From NCBI GenBank assembly GCA_951406725.2, contig OX597815.1, positions 52,576,001-52,640,000 of the forward strand: a DNA stretch of 64,000 bases, given 5' to 3'. The position numbers and the translations under genes were made by a program. This DNA is from Octopus vulgaris (Eukaryota). Below are positions 28,613 to 39,489 of the stretch, in pieces (the first letter of the stretch is position 1; the number at the start of each line of letters is the position of its first letter). The notes under the pieces are model-generated. The model had not been told where the DNA came from and made no database searches. It saw only the letters and a program-made list of their open reading frames with translations.

Positions 28613-28997
28613 ATAAATAACTCAATAACTATTAATAAATAATAAGTGATATTCCTTCGATGTGTTAAAAAACCCCAGATGTTTTAAGTAGTAGATATTT
28701 TCATCTTCATAACAGTGTGGAGCAATAGACACTATCAGTGCCACTTACGCTGTTGCAATATGGTTTAGATGAATAATCAATTCTAAAGGAGGAAGTGATA
28801 ATAAAAATACTAACATCTCCGTTGAGAAAAGCAGGTGAACTGGTTTATATCACGTTTACACTGAAGCGACGGTTGCTTCTATTCAGCCAAAATAAAAATG
28901 TTTCAACTCATCCTACCTTGTCATCTAATTAATCGTCCATATAGATTTTATATCCTTAAATGGGTAGAGATGCCTTCATTGTAGCAGATGATATTTC

Positions 28998-29046
<49 letters not shown>

Positions 29047-29048
<2 letters not shown>

Positions 29049-29602
29049 GCCCTGATGCAGTACCAGGCAGTGGCTCTCATGGCTTCTGATCTTAACTGAT
29101 TGGAAGTATTATCATGTACATTGTTTTGTCTTGGTATAAGAGATGGGCTACAGCAAATATTCTGCTCAATACCACAGATTTGCTTGTCAGTTGTTTGACC
29201 TTAACCAGTTGAGCATGTCCCTTAGTGGCTGACGATATGTGCATCTCTGATCACGAGCAGAAGTAGTGGGGGAGCATCATAGCCGTGTGTTGAGAGGGAT
29301 TCTTTGGGGTTTGAATAGTTCACCTCTGGAAACATGGGTGGTTCTTTCAACATTCTTAAACAACCCTTATTCAGGGACCGTTTGAGCGGGATGGGCTACT
29401 CAACCTGAAGAAAATTCTAACTGGGCCCCACCTGCAAGGTCATGTGCTGTTTATCTTGATATGAGATCACCATGTCGCGCACATATGGTTGTGATGCATG
29501 TGCCTGGTGTACCTTTATCAGACGGGTAGTCATGATGGGTATATTGGGCTTCGTATATTTTACCCCAGTGTCACTTTGATGGCATGCAGTGCTCTCTCAC
29601 TC
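29047..29602 (+). mobile_element. 556-bp non-coding (TAA)n-embedded companion element, copy 1
   Basis: Same length and ends as 33077-33632, with about 15 substitutions and no indels by eye; (TAA)n on both sides; no ORF. Confidence 0.85.
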
Positions 29603-29626
29603 AATAATAATAATAATAATAAGAAG

Positions 29627-30385
29627 AAGAAACTACCAGGCCAACATATTAAAGAACGGCAGTAGCCCAACATGTCGTGTATGCCGACAACAAAATGAAA
29701 CCATTGATCATGTTGTCTCCAAATGCAGTCTTCTAGCGCCTACAGAGTACCTCAACAGGCATGATAGAGCTGCACAATATATTCACTGGGTAATTTGCAA
29801 AAACCTGGATTTGCCCCATGAAAAAAACTGGTGGGAACACAATCCACCTCCAGTGCTTGAAGACTTCAGACAAAGAACATGCCTCCTCATTGATATGACT
29901 GTCCCAATCGATATAAACGTATCTGTCAAGACCTACCAAAAACTGAGCAAATATAAAGATCTTGAAATAGAAATCAGCAAAATGTGGAAGCTGAAGACTA
30001 AAACAATACCTGTTGTCATAGGTGCCCTGGGAATGATAGCGAAAGGGACTAATTGCTACCTAACTCAGATACCAGGAAACCCCAAAATGGCAGAAATTCA
30101 AAAGATAGTGATCATGGGAACTGCTCACATCCTACGCAAAATACTCTCTATGTAATCCCAAGGTTTAAAACAAACTTTTTATTTATTTATTTATTTTATT
30201 TTATTTTATTTTTTTTTTTTTAATTTATTTTATTTTATTTTTATGTATTAGACATTCACTAGTACAACACCAAAAAAAAAAAAAAACTCAAATATATGGC
30301 ACAGAACTTCCAACCTGTTGTCTCTTGAGGTCTCTGGGTGAGACTTGGAGCCAACTTGTACAGACATAAAGCAAAAGTCAAACAT
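29627..30385 (+). mobile_element. 5'-truncated Dong-like subfamily 1 copy (CCHC + RLE with in-frame deletion + 3'UTR)
   Basis: ORF 29589..30155 is near-identical to the 20484-21100 region but lacks the 28 aa containing RPD; (AAT)n follows the 3' end. Confidence 0.92.
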
Positions 30386-30415
30386 AGAATAATAATAATA
30401 ATAATGATAATAATG

Positions 30416-32620
30416 ATCCTTTCTTTATTGGCGACAAGGGCAGAATACAAAAGTATATATGGACAATACAAAACAAGGTACAAGTGGGGTTTAAAACAGA
30501 AAACGTGTAAACGATAAAAAGCAAACACTTAAAACAAATTAAACAACAAAATTCCCCAGTAGGAGGAGTTCTATCCAGAGCCAACCAGGGCACCCCACAC
30601 ATCTTGGTCACCCCGACTGCCAATAGCACACCAGGTAGGCACCCCGCTTTCCCTCAACTGCTCCGGCTTACAGACGAATTTTCAGAGTAGGCATATTCCT
30701 ACGAGCCATTTTCGCAACATTCACCCACCATTCAGCAAAATTACTGATGGGGGTGGGGTGGGGTGGGGAAATACTTCCCTCTCACTTTCCTTTTCAAGTG
30801 AAACTTGAAAAAGTCGATGAGGGCTCGACCGCAGAGGAAAGTGTCTGTCTTCAGTCCTTTCAGCCTCGTCCACCACACTACCGCTTTCACTATAGCTACC
30901 AGGCAGAGGAAACCTGAATTTCTCTCCAGGCCAAAAGAAGGTGGCGGGGCGATCCTCATAATGGACTCAGCTGATAACCGGATCCGCCCTACACGTGACA
31001 ACATCTGTTCGACAAAGCTCCACGGGTCAGAGTTCCCCGGTAACACTGCCGAGCCAGAGATTTCTGGAAGTTATCCATAGGCCTTGGCCCGAAAGTCCTC
31101 CCGAAAAACCAGTTCGTTTATTCCTCTCGACGCCCAGAATTTCCCCGAGTAAGTCGTCACTCTTTCCCTCCACTAATCCTTTATAGAACTCTAAGGAGGA
31201 ACTTCCAACGACGGTGTTGCCCAAATAGCAGAAGGCCATTAGCGCTTGCCGACATTCCAAGTGTCAAGTGCCCTTTCCTGGTCTACGCTTAACCCAGGAC
31301 TGTAGTCCCATCAATGAGACGAGTTGCGGAAAGTCTTTGTTTGACAAACGGCGACCACACCTGCTCACCGTTAAGGAAACGCTGGAGATGTCGCAGCTTC
31401 AGTACATGTCTGTGCATCATTAGCCACGGCATGCCCAGTCCTCCACTCAACGGCTGTTGACAACAGATGGACCGTCTGGCCAGCAGAATACGTCCCTTCC
31501 ATAGAAAGTGGAAGAGCAAGCGCTCCAACTTTATCAGACACGAAGTGCGACAAGGGACGACGGCCAGGTGGTAGTAGATGACAGCAGCGATGTACGCATT
31601 CGCCACCTTCACCCGACCCGTCAGGGACAGGTTCTTCTCTGCCCATTTCTGGGTGAGATTGGCTACCCTGCTCGCCACCTCCTCCAATTCTTGTCCACCT
31701 GGAAGTTTTTTCTGCTCTAAGAACGAGGCCCGAAATTTTTGAGGAGGAAGCCAGTCGATTAGATCGACCCAAGTACGCAACTGGTACTTTATTTATCGAC
31801 CCCGAAAGGATGAAAAGGAAAGTCGACCGCGGCGGAATTTGAACTCAGAACGTAAAGGGAGACGAAATACTGCTAAGCATTTCGCCCGGCGTGCTAACGT
31901 TTCTGCCAGCTCGCTGGAGAGCTGGACCAAACCAGACCCCGAGCAATTTAACCAGTCCTACAGTTCAGCGCCCTCCAAGGTTATGGGTTGGCATGGACCT
32001 ACCTCTCCGGGTACCGAGCTGCAGGCCCATCGACTTCTGGTTGATCATTGCCCCTGTCACTGCTTCGTACTCCATTAGAGCAGTGCCGACCACCTCGATT
32101 TCCGAGATGTCCGACACTATTACGGTGACGTCGTCCGTGTAAACCGACACGTACCTTCCGTATCATAGATCATACGGGATGCTCCTCGAAACATCCAGCT
32201 TCCGCGGCAGGGACTCGGGAGCCAGTACGTATAGAAGAGGTGAGCGTGGGCATCCTTGACGGACTGAACGTGCGATGCTAAACGATTCCGGTTGGTGACC
32301 ATTTACTTTGACCACCAAACAGATGTCGTTGTACATTGCAGCGATCCAGTCTCTAAAAACGGGACTGAAACCCGCTGCCGCCAGAACATTCTCCAAATAT
32401 TTGTGGTCAACTCTATCAAAAGCTTTCGACTGATCCAAATTGATCAGGGCCCTACCCATGCCAGGTTCCCTACTCAACCCCACGATGATGAAGCGCGTGA
32501 AATGGAGGTTGTCGTGGATAATTCTGTTTGGGATAGCGCATATATGCGTGTCAGCAACCAACTTATCGACGACAAGCGCCAACCTCTTCGCTAACATCTT
32601 GGCTAAAATCTTTTTAGTAG
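30416..32620 (-). mobile_element. 5'-truncated Tx1/L1-clade LINE (RT and C-terminal ORF2 relic, 3'UTR with AATAAA)
   Basis: KILAKMLAKRL..DQSKAFDRVDH..SVRQGCPRSPLLY (32163..32645), YTDDVT (31965..32150), NLSLTGRVKVAN..FLWKG..GGLGMP (31289..31780) and AIVKAVVWWTR (30741..31046); typical L1/Tx1 ORF2. Confidence 0.88.
31706..31913 (-). mobile_element. SINE family B inserted into the Tx1-like LINE
   Basis: The LINE peptide LGVWFGPALQ|VDKNW is split; the duplicated target CTGGA is at 31699 and 31914. Confidence 0.9.
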
Positions 32621-32659
32621 TATTGTTTTTTCCCCTAAGATCCATAGCATTATTAACGA

Positions 32660-32825
32660 AAACGTTACCTCTGTTACTACTGTCATTGTCACCGCTGCTG
32701 CTGTTGCTGTTTCTCTAGTTGTTGTTGCTACCACTACTACAACTGCTGCTGCCGTCACTACTGCTGCTGCTTCTGCTGCTGTCACTGCTACCACTACAGT
32801 TGCCGAGGTTGCCACTGTTGCTGCG
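32660..32825. repeat. Degenerate (CTG/CTA/GTT)n trinucleotide tract
   Basis: Directly visible. Confidence 0.85.
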
Positions 32826-33000
32826 AGATGGACTTTGTACTTTTTCTTCCTCCCCTTTTCTTCTTTCCCTATCCGGTATTATTGCCAGTAACGGAGGGAA
32901 GGGGAGGGAAATGCAAACCGTAAAAACAAATATTTTAAACTGAACTTACTTGGAGCGTTCGAAAACACTTTCGATGTACGCCGCAGCAAATATAATAATG

Positions 33001-33076
<76 letters not shown>

Positions 33077-33078
<2 letters not shown>

Positions 33079-33632
33079 GCCCTGATGCAGTACCAGGCAG
33101 TGGCTCTCATGGCTTCTGATCTTAACTGATTGGAAGTGTTATCATGTACATTGTTTTGTCTTGGTATAAAAGATGGGCTACAGCAAATATTCTGCTCAAT
33201 ACCACAGATTTGCTTGTCAGTTGTTTGACCTTAACCAGTTGAGCATGTCCCTTAGTGGCTGACGATATGTGCATCTCTGATCACGAGCAGAAGTAGTGGG
33301 GGAGCATCATGGCCATGTGTTGAGAGGGATTCTTTGGAGTTTGAATGGTTCACCTCTGGAAACATAGGTGTTTCGTTCAACATCCTAAAGCAACCCTTAT
33401 TCAGGGACCGTTTGAGCAGGATGGGCTACTCAACCTGAAGAAAATTCTAACTGGGCCCCACCTGCAAGGTCATGTGCTGTTTATCTTGATATGAGATCAC
33501 CATGTCGCGCACATATGGTTGTGATGCATGTGCCTGGTGTACCTTTATCAGACGGGTAGTCATGATGGGTATATTGGGCTTCGTATATTTTACCCCAGTG
33601 TCACTTTGATGGCATGAACTGCTCTCTCACTC
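33077..33632 (+). mobile_element. 556-bp companion element, copy 2
   Basis: See 29047-29602; (TAA)n on both sides. Confidence 0.85.
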
Positions 33633-33654
33633 AATAATAATAATAATAATAATG

Positions 33655-33708
<54 letters not shown>

Positions 33709-33765
33709 GTTGGTTTGTGACTTGGACATCAATGATTTGAAACTGACCTAATAATAATAATAATC

Positions 33766-33799
<34 letters not shown>

Positions 33800-33803
<4 letters not shown>

Positions 33804-33926
33804 TGCTACCTAACTCAGATACCAGGAAACCCCAAAATGGCAGAAATTCAAAAGATAGTGCTCATGGGAACTGCTCATATCCTACGCAAAATACTCTCTA
33901 TGTAATCCCAAGGTTTAAAACAAACT

Positions 33927-33959
<33 letters not shown>

Positions 33960-34124
33960 ATTTTATTTTTTTTAAAATTTTATTTTTATGTATTAGACAT
34001 TCACTAGTACAACACCAAAAAACCCCCCAAATATATGGCACAGAACTTCCAACCTGTTGTCTCTTGAGGTCTCTGGGTAAGACATGGAGCCAACTTGTAC
34101 AGACATAAAGCAAAAGTCAAACAT
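33800..34124 (+). mobile_element. 5'-truncated Dong-like subfamily 1 3' end
   Basis: Near-identical to 30050-30385, including a private T-rich expansion; flanked by (TAA)n. Confidence 0.9.
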
Positions 34125-34160
34125 AAAATAATAATAATAATAATAATAACAATAATAATA

Positions 34161-34203
<43 letters not shown>

Positions 34204-34207
34204 GAAG

Positions 34208-34390
34208 AATCCTTTCTCCTATAGGCACAAAGCCTGAAACTTTAAGGATTTTATCGACTCTAGTACTTAATTTAAACTTAATTTATCGACCCCGAAAGGA
34301 TGAAAGGCAAAGTCGACTTCAGCAGAATTTGAACTCAGAATGCTAATCATTTCACCCGTCATGCTAACGATTCTGACAGCTCAACGCCTT
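34208..34390 (-). mobile_element. SINE family B with internal deletions
   Basis: Family-B core and tail GGCTTTGTGCCTATAGGAGAAAGGAT on the minus strand. Confidence 0.8.
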
Positions 34391-34392
34391 AG

Positions 34393-34432
<40 letters not shown>

Positions 34433-34435
<3 letters not shown>

Positions 34436-34636
34436 GTTGGTTTGTGGCTTGGACATCAATGATTTGAAACTTACCTATTTTTCATTACATTTCAGACAGG
34501 TTCAGCGTTGAGTTGCTGAAATAGAATTATCGTTATAACAAATATTCTGCTCATGTGTATCTCTGATCACGACCGGGTGTAGCGGGGAAGCATCATAACA
34601 TGTGTTGAGAGGGATTCTTTGGGGTTTGAATAAATG
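34433..34636 (+). mobile_element. Diverged/deleted relative of the companion element with a different 5' segment
   Basis: CAAATATTCTGCTCA..TCTCTGATCACGA..GCATCAT..GTGTTGAGAGGGATTCTTTGGGGTTTGAATA is shared with the 29047 copy. Its first ~43 bp also occur alone inside (TAA)n at 33707-33749. Confidence 0.7.
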
Positions 34637-34759
34637 TAACAATAGCAAAGTTTGAAGAAAATGTCAGTCATTTTCATACTTTCTAGGGGTAAGCAAATAA
34701 AAAATAACAGGTGTTTCCCAAGGTTTAAAATGTTATTATACAGTGTCATTACTACTAGA

Positions 34760-35170
34760 TAGAGGTTATGATGAAAGGCTTGTTCTGTCTTGTTGAGGAA
34801 GGCAAGTTGGGTGATGCTCACTATGAACTCGGCTGATAGCCGCGTTCGTCTTACACGTGACAACAGGTAGTCGACACAATTTCAACAGTCAGCAATGATC
34901 GGATACTGCCCGAGAGCGTGCAATAATGTTTCATTGCTTTGCGCACATCTCGGATAGTCTCATCCGGCAGCATTTCTGAACCTGTAGTGTTTGTCCCGAA
35001 CCGGTAGTGGCCTTTAGTATCATTGCCCAGCCGGTATCATTGTCCATATATGTCTCCGGATCGAATGCCCTCTAAAACAGACAATCTGCTTCATCCTTGC
35101 CAACGCCTCGAATTTCCCCGAGAACGCCATGGCTTTTAACCACCATTAGATCTCTCTATATAGTTGCTAA
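34760..35170 (-). mobile_element. Older Tx1/L1-clade fragment including the zinc-knuckle region
   Basis: Homologous to 30900-31200 (LSRVRRTRLSAE vs LSRVGRIRLSAE), plus YPRCAQSNETLLHAL, which the younger copy lacks. Confidence 0.7.
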
Positions 35171-35210
35171 TTTAGAACTGTGTGAAAGTTTTATGCGTAC
35201 GCACACACAC

Positions 35211-35296
<86 letters not shown>

Positions 35297-35503
35297 ATTT
35301 ACTCAAACATAACCATTAGGCTACTAAAAATGTGTTAGTGACATTTTAACTTCTAAAGACAAATTCACTTCACTTACCGGCGAGAAAAAAGTTCTCTCGT
35401 ATGCTAAAAGGTGTCAAAACATCATAATCAGCCCAGTGCTTTCTTTTAAAGGATTCCCAGGTGCACATTTCTGGCTCTCTATCCTTCCTCAATGGGGAAT
35501 ACC

Positions 35504-35556
<53 letters not shown>

Positions 35557-35982
35557 CTAAAATTTATGGGTAATACACACAGAGTCTGCATACTGCTAAA
35601 AGATGTACTTAAGCTAAGAAATGGGCATTCTCCATTGAGGTGGGCTTCTTTCAATGGCACAGTGGAGTGTACCTTAAGGAAAAGCAGACAGGACAGCTAT
35701 ACATAAAGCTACGTATGATGCACACAATGTGCTTTTAAAACACGTAGTGTTCGACTACCACTTCCATTCTTTGAGTTTTCCTTGTCGCACAATAAGTGAT
35801 GTCTGTTGTTATTGAAGAGGAGTTGTAATCGGAATTTTTACCCTAATCTCGATATGGAAGGAAGAGTATTTGATGTATTGATTATAAGCTTTATTGATCA
35901 ATTATCGAATCATTTGCATTTTCTACACGAGCCTTGTTAAATTAAGAGGCAAGCCAACTGCGTTTACCACGATCCCATGATC

Positions 35983-36038
<56 letters not shown>

Positions 36039-36270
36039 GCCTTTGCACAGCTTCTAACGCTAGAGATGTACTACGGTGTCAGCTGTTCAGTACCAGTGAA
36101 CTAAGGTAACACCTTTTATTTTTCGAGCATCTTCCGGAGTATTCGAGCGGTTCCAAGCAGCTCCTATTGTCCATCATATTTCTCGAGATTTTTGCTCACT
36201 GTTCCCAGGGCTCCGTCAATTATTGGTACTACTTCCACCTTTCCAATGACCACAACTGTTTAACTTCGCA
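36039..36270 (-). mobile_element. 5'-truncated Dong/R4-like element, subfamily 3
   Basis: Minus strand EVKQLWSL..VEVVPIIDGALGTVSKNLEKY..LLGTARILRKMLE; its 3' end abuts (TTA)n 35983-36038. Confidence 0.8.
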
Positions 36271-36352
36271 ATCGCTACTTATATTCTTTGCTCGATGTTT
36301 TAGGCACTGAGCTCAGTGCCTAAAACATCGGGCAAAGAATATAAGTAGCGAT
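36271..36352. repeat. 82-bp loop-less palindrome (41-bp arms, 1 mismatch), centre GAG|CTC
   Basis: ATCGCTACTTATATTCTTTGCTCGATGTTTTAGGCACTGAG|CTCAGTGCCTAAAACATCGGGCAAAGAATATAAGTAGCGAT. Confidence 0.97.
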
Positions 36353-37150
36353 CATGACATCCACCACGAAGAAATGATCAAGCTCAATAACAATCTGTTA
36401 AGCAACAACTACCCCAAAAACATACTATCTACTCCAATTATGAAGAAAAGAGAGGATGAAACCAATAAACTGTCTACAGTCTGTCTACCCTATGTAAAAG
36501 GCCTCTCCGAAAAGATACAAAAGATATGCGGCCCATATGACATCAGGACAGTATTCAAGAGTAATACAACATTTTGCAAATCTCCTTCGGGTAAAACCAC
36601 CAATGGAAGAGAATATGACCCAAAACTGCATGTACTTCATCCCATGCAGCTGTGGTAGGTTATACAAAGGCGAAACATTCCGCTTCTCAAAATAAGGGTA
36701 GAGGAACATCGCAAAGCTGTGACACGAGGAGATATTGATAAATCTGGTATAGCTGATCATGTATGGAAAAATGGAGACCGCCCCCTGTGGGATGAAGTTA
36801 AAATAATAGACAGAGAACACTGCTGGAAAATACGAAAACTAAAAGAAGCAGTACATATGCTAGGACACAATTTCCTAAGCAGACCGAGTGCAGATATGAA
36901 TAGCGTATGGGAATTGGTATTAAAGAAGGATAGGAAAATATTAAATTTATAAGCGGTTAAGAGCGCGGGCTATTAACCCCAAGATTCCGAGTTCGATTCC
37001 TGGCAGTGACCTAAATAATATATTAATAACAACAACAACAACAACATCGAAAAATACCTTAGGAATGAGAATCCAAGTTCGAAATTTCCCCCAAGACACC
37101 TGATGAAGGCTGGAGGGTATATCAGCTAAAACGTTATGTTAGGACAAATA
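36312..37150 (+). mobile_element. 5'-truncated Penelope-like element (Penelope/Poseidon type): RT thumb, GIY-YIG endonuclease, 3' terminal region
   Basis: QCLKHRAKNI..NNYP..CLPYVKGLSEKI and NCMYFIPCSCGRLYKGET..RVEEH..SGIADHVW..KIIDRE..RKLKEAVHM (GIY-YIG with CCHH residues); frameshifted. Confidence 0.9.
37095..37140 (+). ncRNA. Degenerate minimal hammerhead ribozyme in the PLE 3' region
   Basis: GACAC-CTGATGA-AGGCTG-GAGGGTATAT-CAGCT-AAAA-CGTT-ATGTT. The expected CGAAA reads TAAAA (consistent with CpG decay); palindromic AACGTT stem III. Confidence 0.7.
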
Positions 37151-37449
37151 TTCGAAGACTACAGATCCAATCCATCACTGGAACAGTAAAAATCTGTAAA
37201 ACTTCCTAGAAGTTTATCATTTAAATATATATGAGCATGTCTAGATATGTTACTATATGCATGAGAATATATACATAAAACATACAAATCTGCACATACA
37301 TACATGTATACATACATGCATATATATATATATAAATGCATACATACAAAAATACCCTGTCGTTAATGTAGAAATCGGTTCTTTCTCTATTGGTAAGAAA
37401 TTTTGAAATAAACTGAATAATGACATACATACATACACGGTGTATGTAT

Positions 37450-37677
37450 GTCTTTTGATCCCTTTTGATCCCTATTTTACTCTAGCGGACCCCATAGCCT
37501 TAGATGTTAAAGAAATTTATTATAGTTTTATAACTGAATAGTATTAGAAATTGTATTAAGAAGTTATTAAAATATTTTGTGTATTTTAGAAATATAACCA
37601 ATTTTTACCCCAAATTTTTAACAACAAAATGTTAAATGAACCCCAAGGATCATATGGACCCTAGTTGAGAACCATTG
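37450..37677. mobile_element. Possible hAT-type MITE right end
   Basis: Ends GGACCCTAGTTGAGAACCATTG, the reverse complement of a CAGTGGTTCTCAAC-like hAT TIR; no left TIR found. Confidence 0.4.
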
Positions 37678-38571
37678 TTTAGATGAGGGAATGGTCACTA
37701 CCAGAGCACATTTGACCCCACATCAATTTGGTTACTCGGTTAAGGCTGGCCTCCGGTTAAACAGCAACACATCTACAATCGAACTGCCAACGCCAAACAC
37801 CGTCTCTACCCTTCCCCTTCACACACTTACATACACCACCACATTCGCAATTCTCATCAACGACACTTACATCACCATGACTATGTCGACGTGGTGAACG
37901 TGTGAATGACACTGCTGACAAGTTTGTCTTTCCAAGCTGAAATCTTGTAATAAGCTACAGTGGTGTGTACACAAATTCATCACAAAGAGAAAGTGACTCA
38001 ATCTCAAATATTTAGACGTTTGGCGGTAGGAGGCCTGTGTTTGTACGAATGTGTGTACGTGTATGCGTTTGTGTTCACATACAATATGTGCATATTTACA
38101 GACATACGTGCGCGCGCGTGTGTGTGTTTATTTCGCTCAGATGTGGGCTTTTCTCAAAATACCCGGTAAATTTAATGGTTTATATAGTTCAAGTCTAATA
38201 AGAGCCTCACTTCCTCTCGTCAGAAAAAATGCGCTTTGTCATGTAGTACAGTATTTATTCTTTTGCTAACATACTTTAATGAGAAAATGTAAATACGCCT
38301 GTAGACTCAAAACATGGTTCTATAAATCCAGTTTAACACACATACGCAAGTTGGTCCTTATATGAATCTTTGGAAAATTCGCTCTGCTGCAAGTGTCTGG
38401 ACCAACCATAGCTGCCATTTTGCTGGTTAAAATGCTGGTTAAGAGATTAGCATTGCGCGGCAAGGTGCCTCATAGTGGCACTGAATACAATAGCCACGGG
38501 CCGACCAACATTTTGTGATTAATTTTAACTGACAGAAACTATAAGAACATCGTGAGTGTGTATATATGTAT

Positions 38572-39450
38572 ATCCGTCACCGACACCGTGACCGACCAGG
38601 CTACACATCGCTGGTCACATGCGCTTCGCATTGTTTTAGCCTTCAAATTTTACGGCTTCTCTCGCATCTCTGTCCCTTTTGTGCATCAGGTACTTGGCTG
38701 ATATTCCTTGTTCTTGGAATACAAACGCATACCCTTCAAAGTGTTTGGTAGTAATCCGGTTATTGGTCCATGGTTGACTGCTTTGATGATCAATGTTACT
38801 ATCATCACGGAGATTTCTACTAACATATATATGCATAGTCTTCTGCTCATATAGGCTTATCCTTCCATCTGATGATACGTTGCGGTAGAGTCGTGCGACT
38901 TCTTTGGGCATATATTCTAGGTTATCAGACCAAGAGGGTTGCTCAAGGAGTTGTCTGGCAAGTGTTATGATGTTATCAGCCTCATGTATGCAAACTTGTT
39001 CAAGGGATGCACTTCGACGCTTGGTAGTTAAAAGATGTTGCCGAAGGGATATGATGCAACATTCAAAGGCATTTTGGATCGATGTTAAGCCTCTGCCGCC
39101 TTGTTTAGGTTGAGGTAGAGGCGGTCTACGTCACTGTTTATGTGAAAATTATGTGTGCTTGTTAGTATTTTTCGGGTTTTCACATCAATGTATCGGATCT
39201 CATCAAGCGTCCAGTCAAGCAGCCTAAACGTTGGTATGAGTACTGGCACTACAAACACGTTGTTGGCCACTGTTTTATTGAATGCAGAGAGTTCTGAGAT
39301 CCAAATTTTCTTTATTCGGCTGTAATATTCTTTAGTGACAAGTGTTTTGTTACAGGTGCCATTGTAAGTTGTATTTTCCTCTACCCCTAGATATCTGTAA
39401 TATTCCATGTCAGATACAGGCGAAACAGTCAAAACATTGATGAAGATGTT
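38572..39450 (-). mobile_element. Second, distant R4/Dong-clade family: RT C-terminus joined by deletion to a short 3' end at (TA)n
   Basis: YRYLGVEE..KEYYSRIKKIWISELSAFNK..VPVL..WTLDEI..IDVKTRKILT..HINSDVDRLYL..GLTSI..HFEGYAFVFQEQGI. CCHC and RLE are absent; ends GGTCACGGTGTCGGTGACGG-ATATACATATA. Confidence 0.8.
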
Positions 39451-39489
39451 ACTAGTCTGGTTTAAGTAAAAGGAAATACAGGAGGATCA

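Noticed and set aside
29047-34200. Simple 4030-bp tandem segmental duplication explaining the two companion+Dong units
   Set aside because: The intervening 2.2-kb Tx1 copy is not duplicated (the 34760 fragment is far more diverged and retains a region the first lacks), and the Dong 5' breakpoints differ. A duplication followed by deletions cannot be fully excluded.
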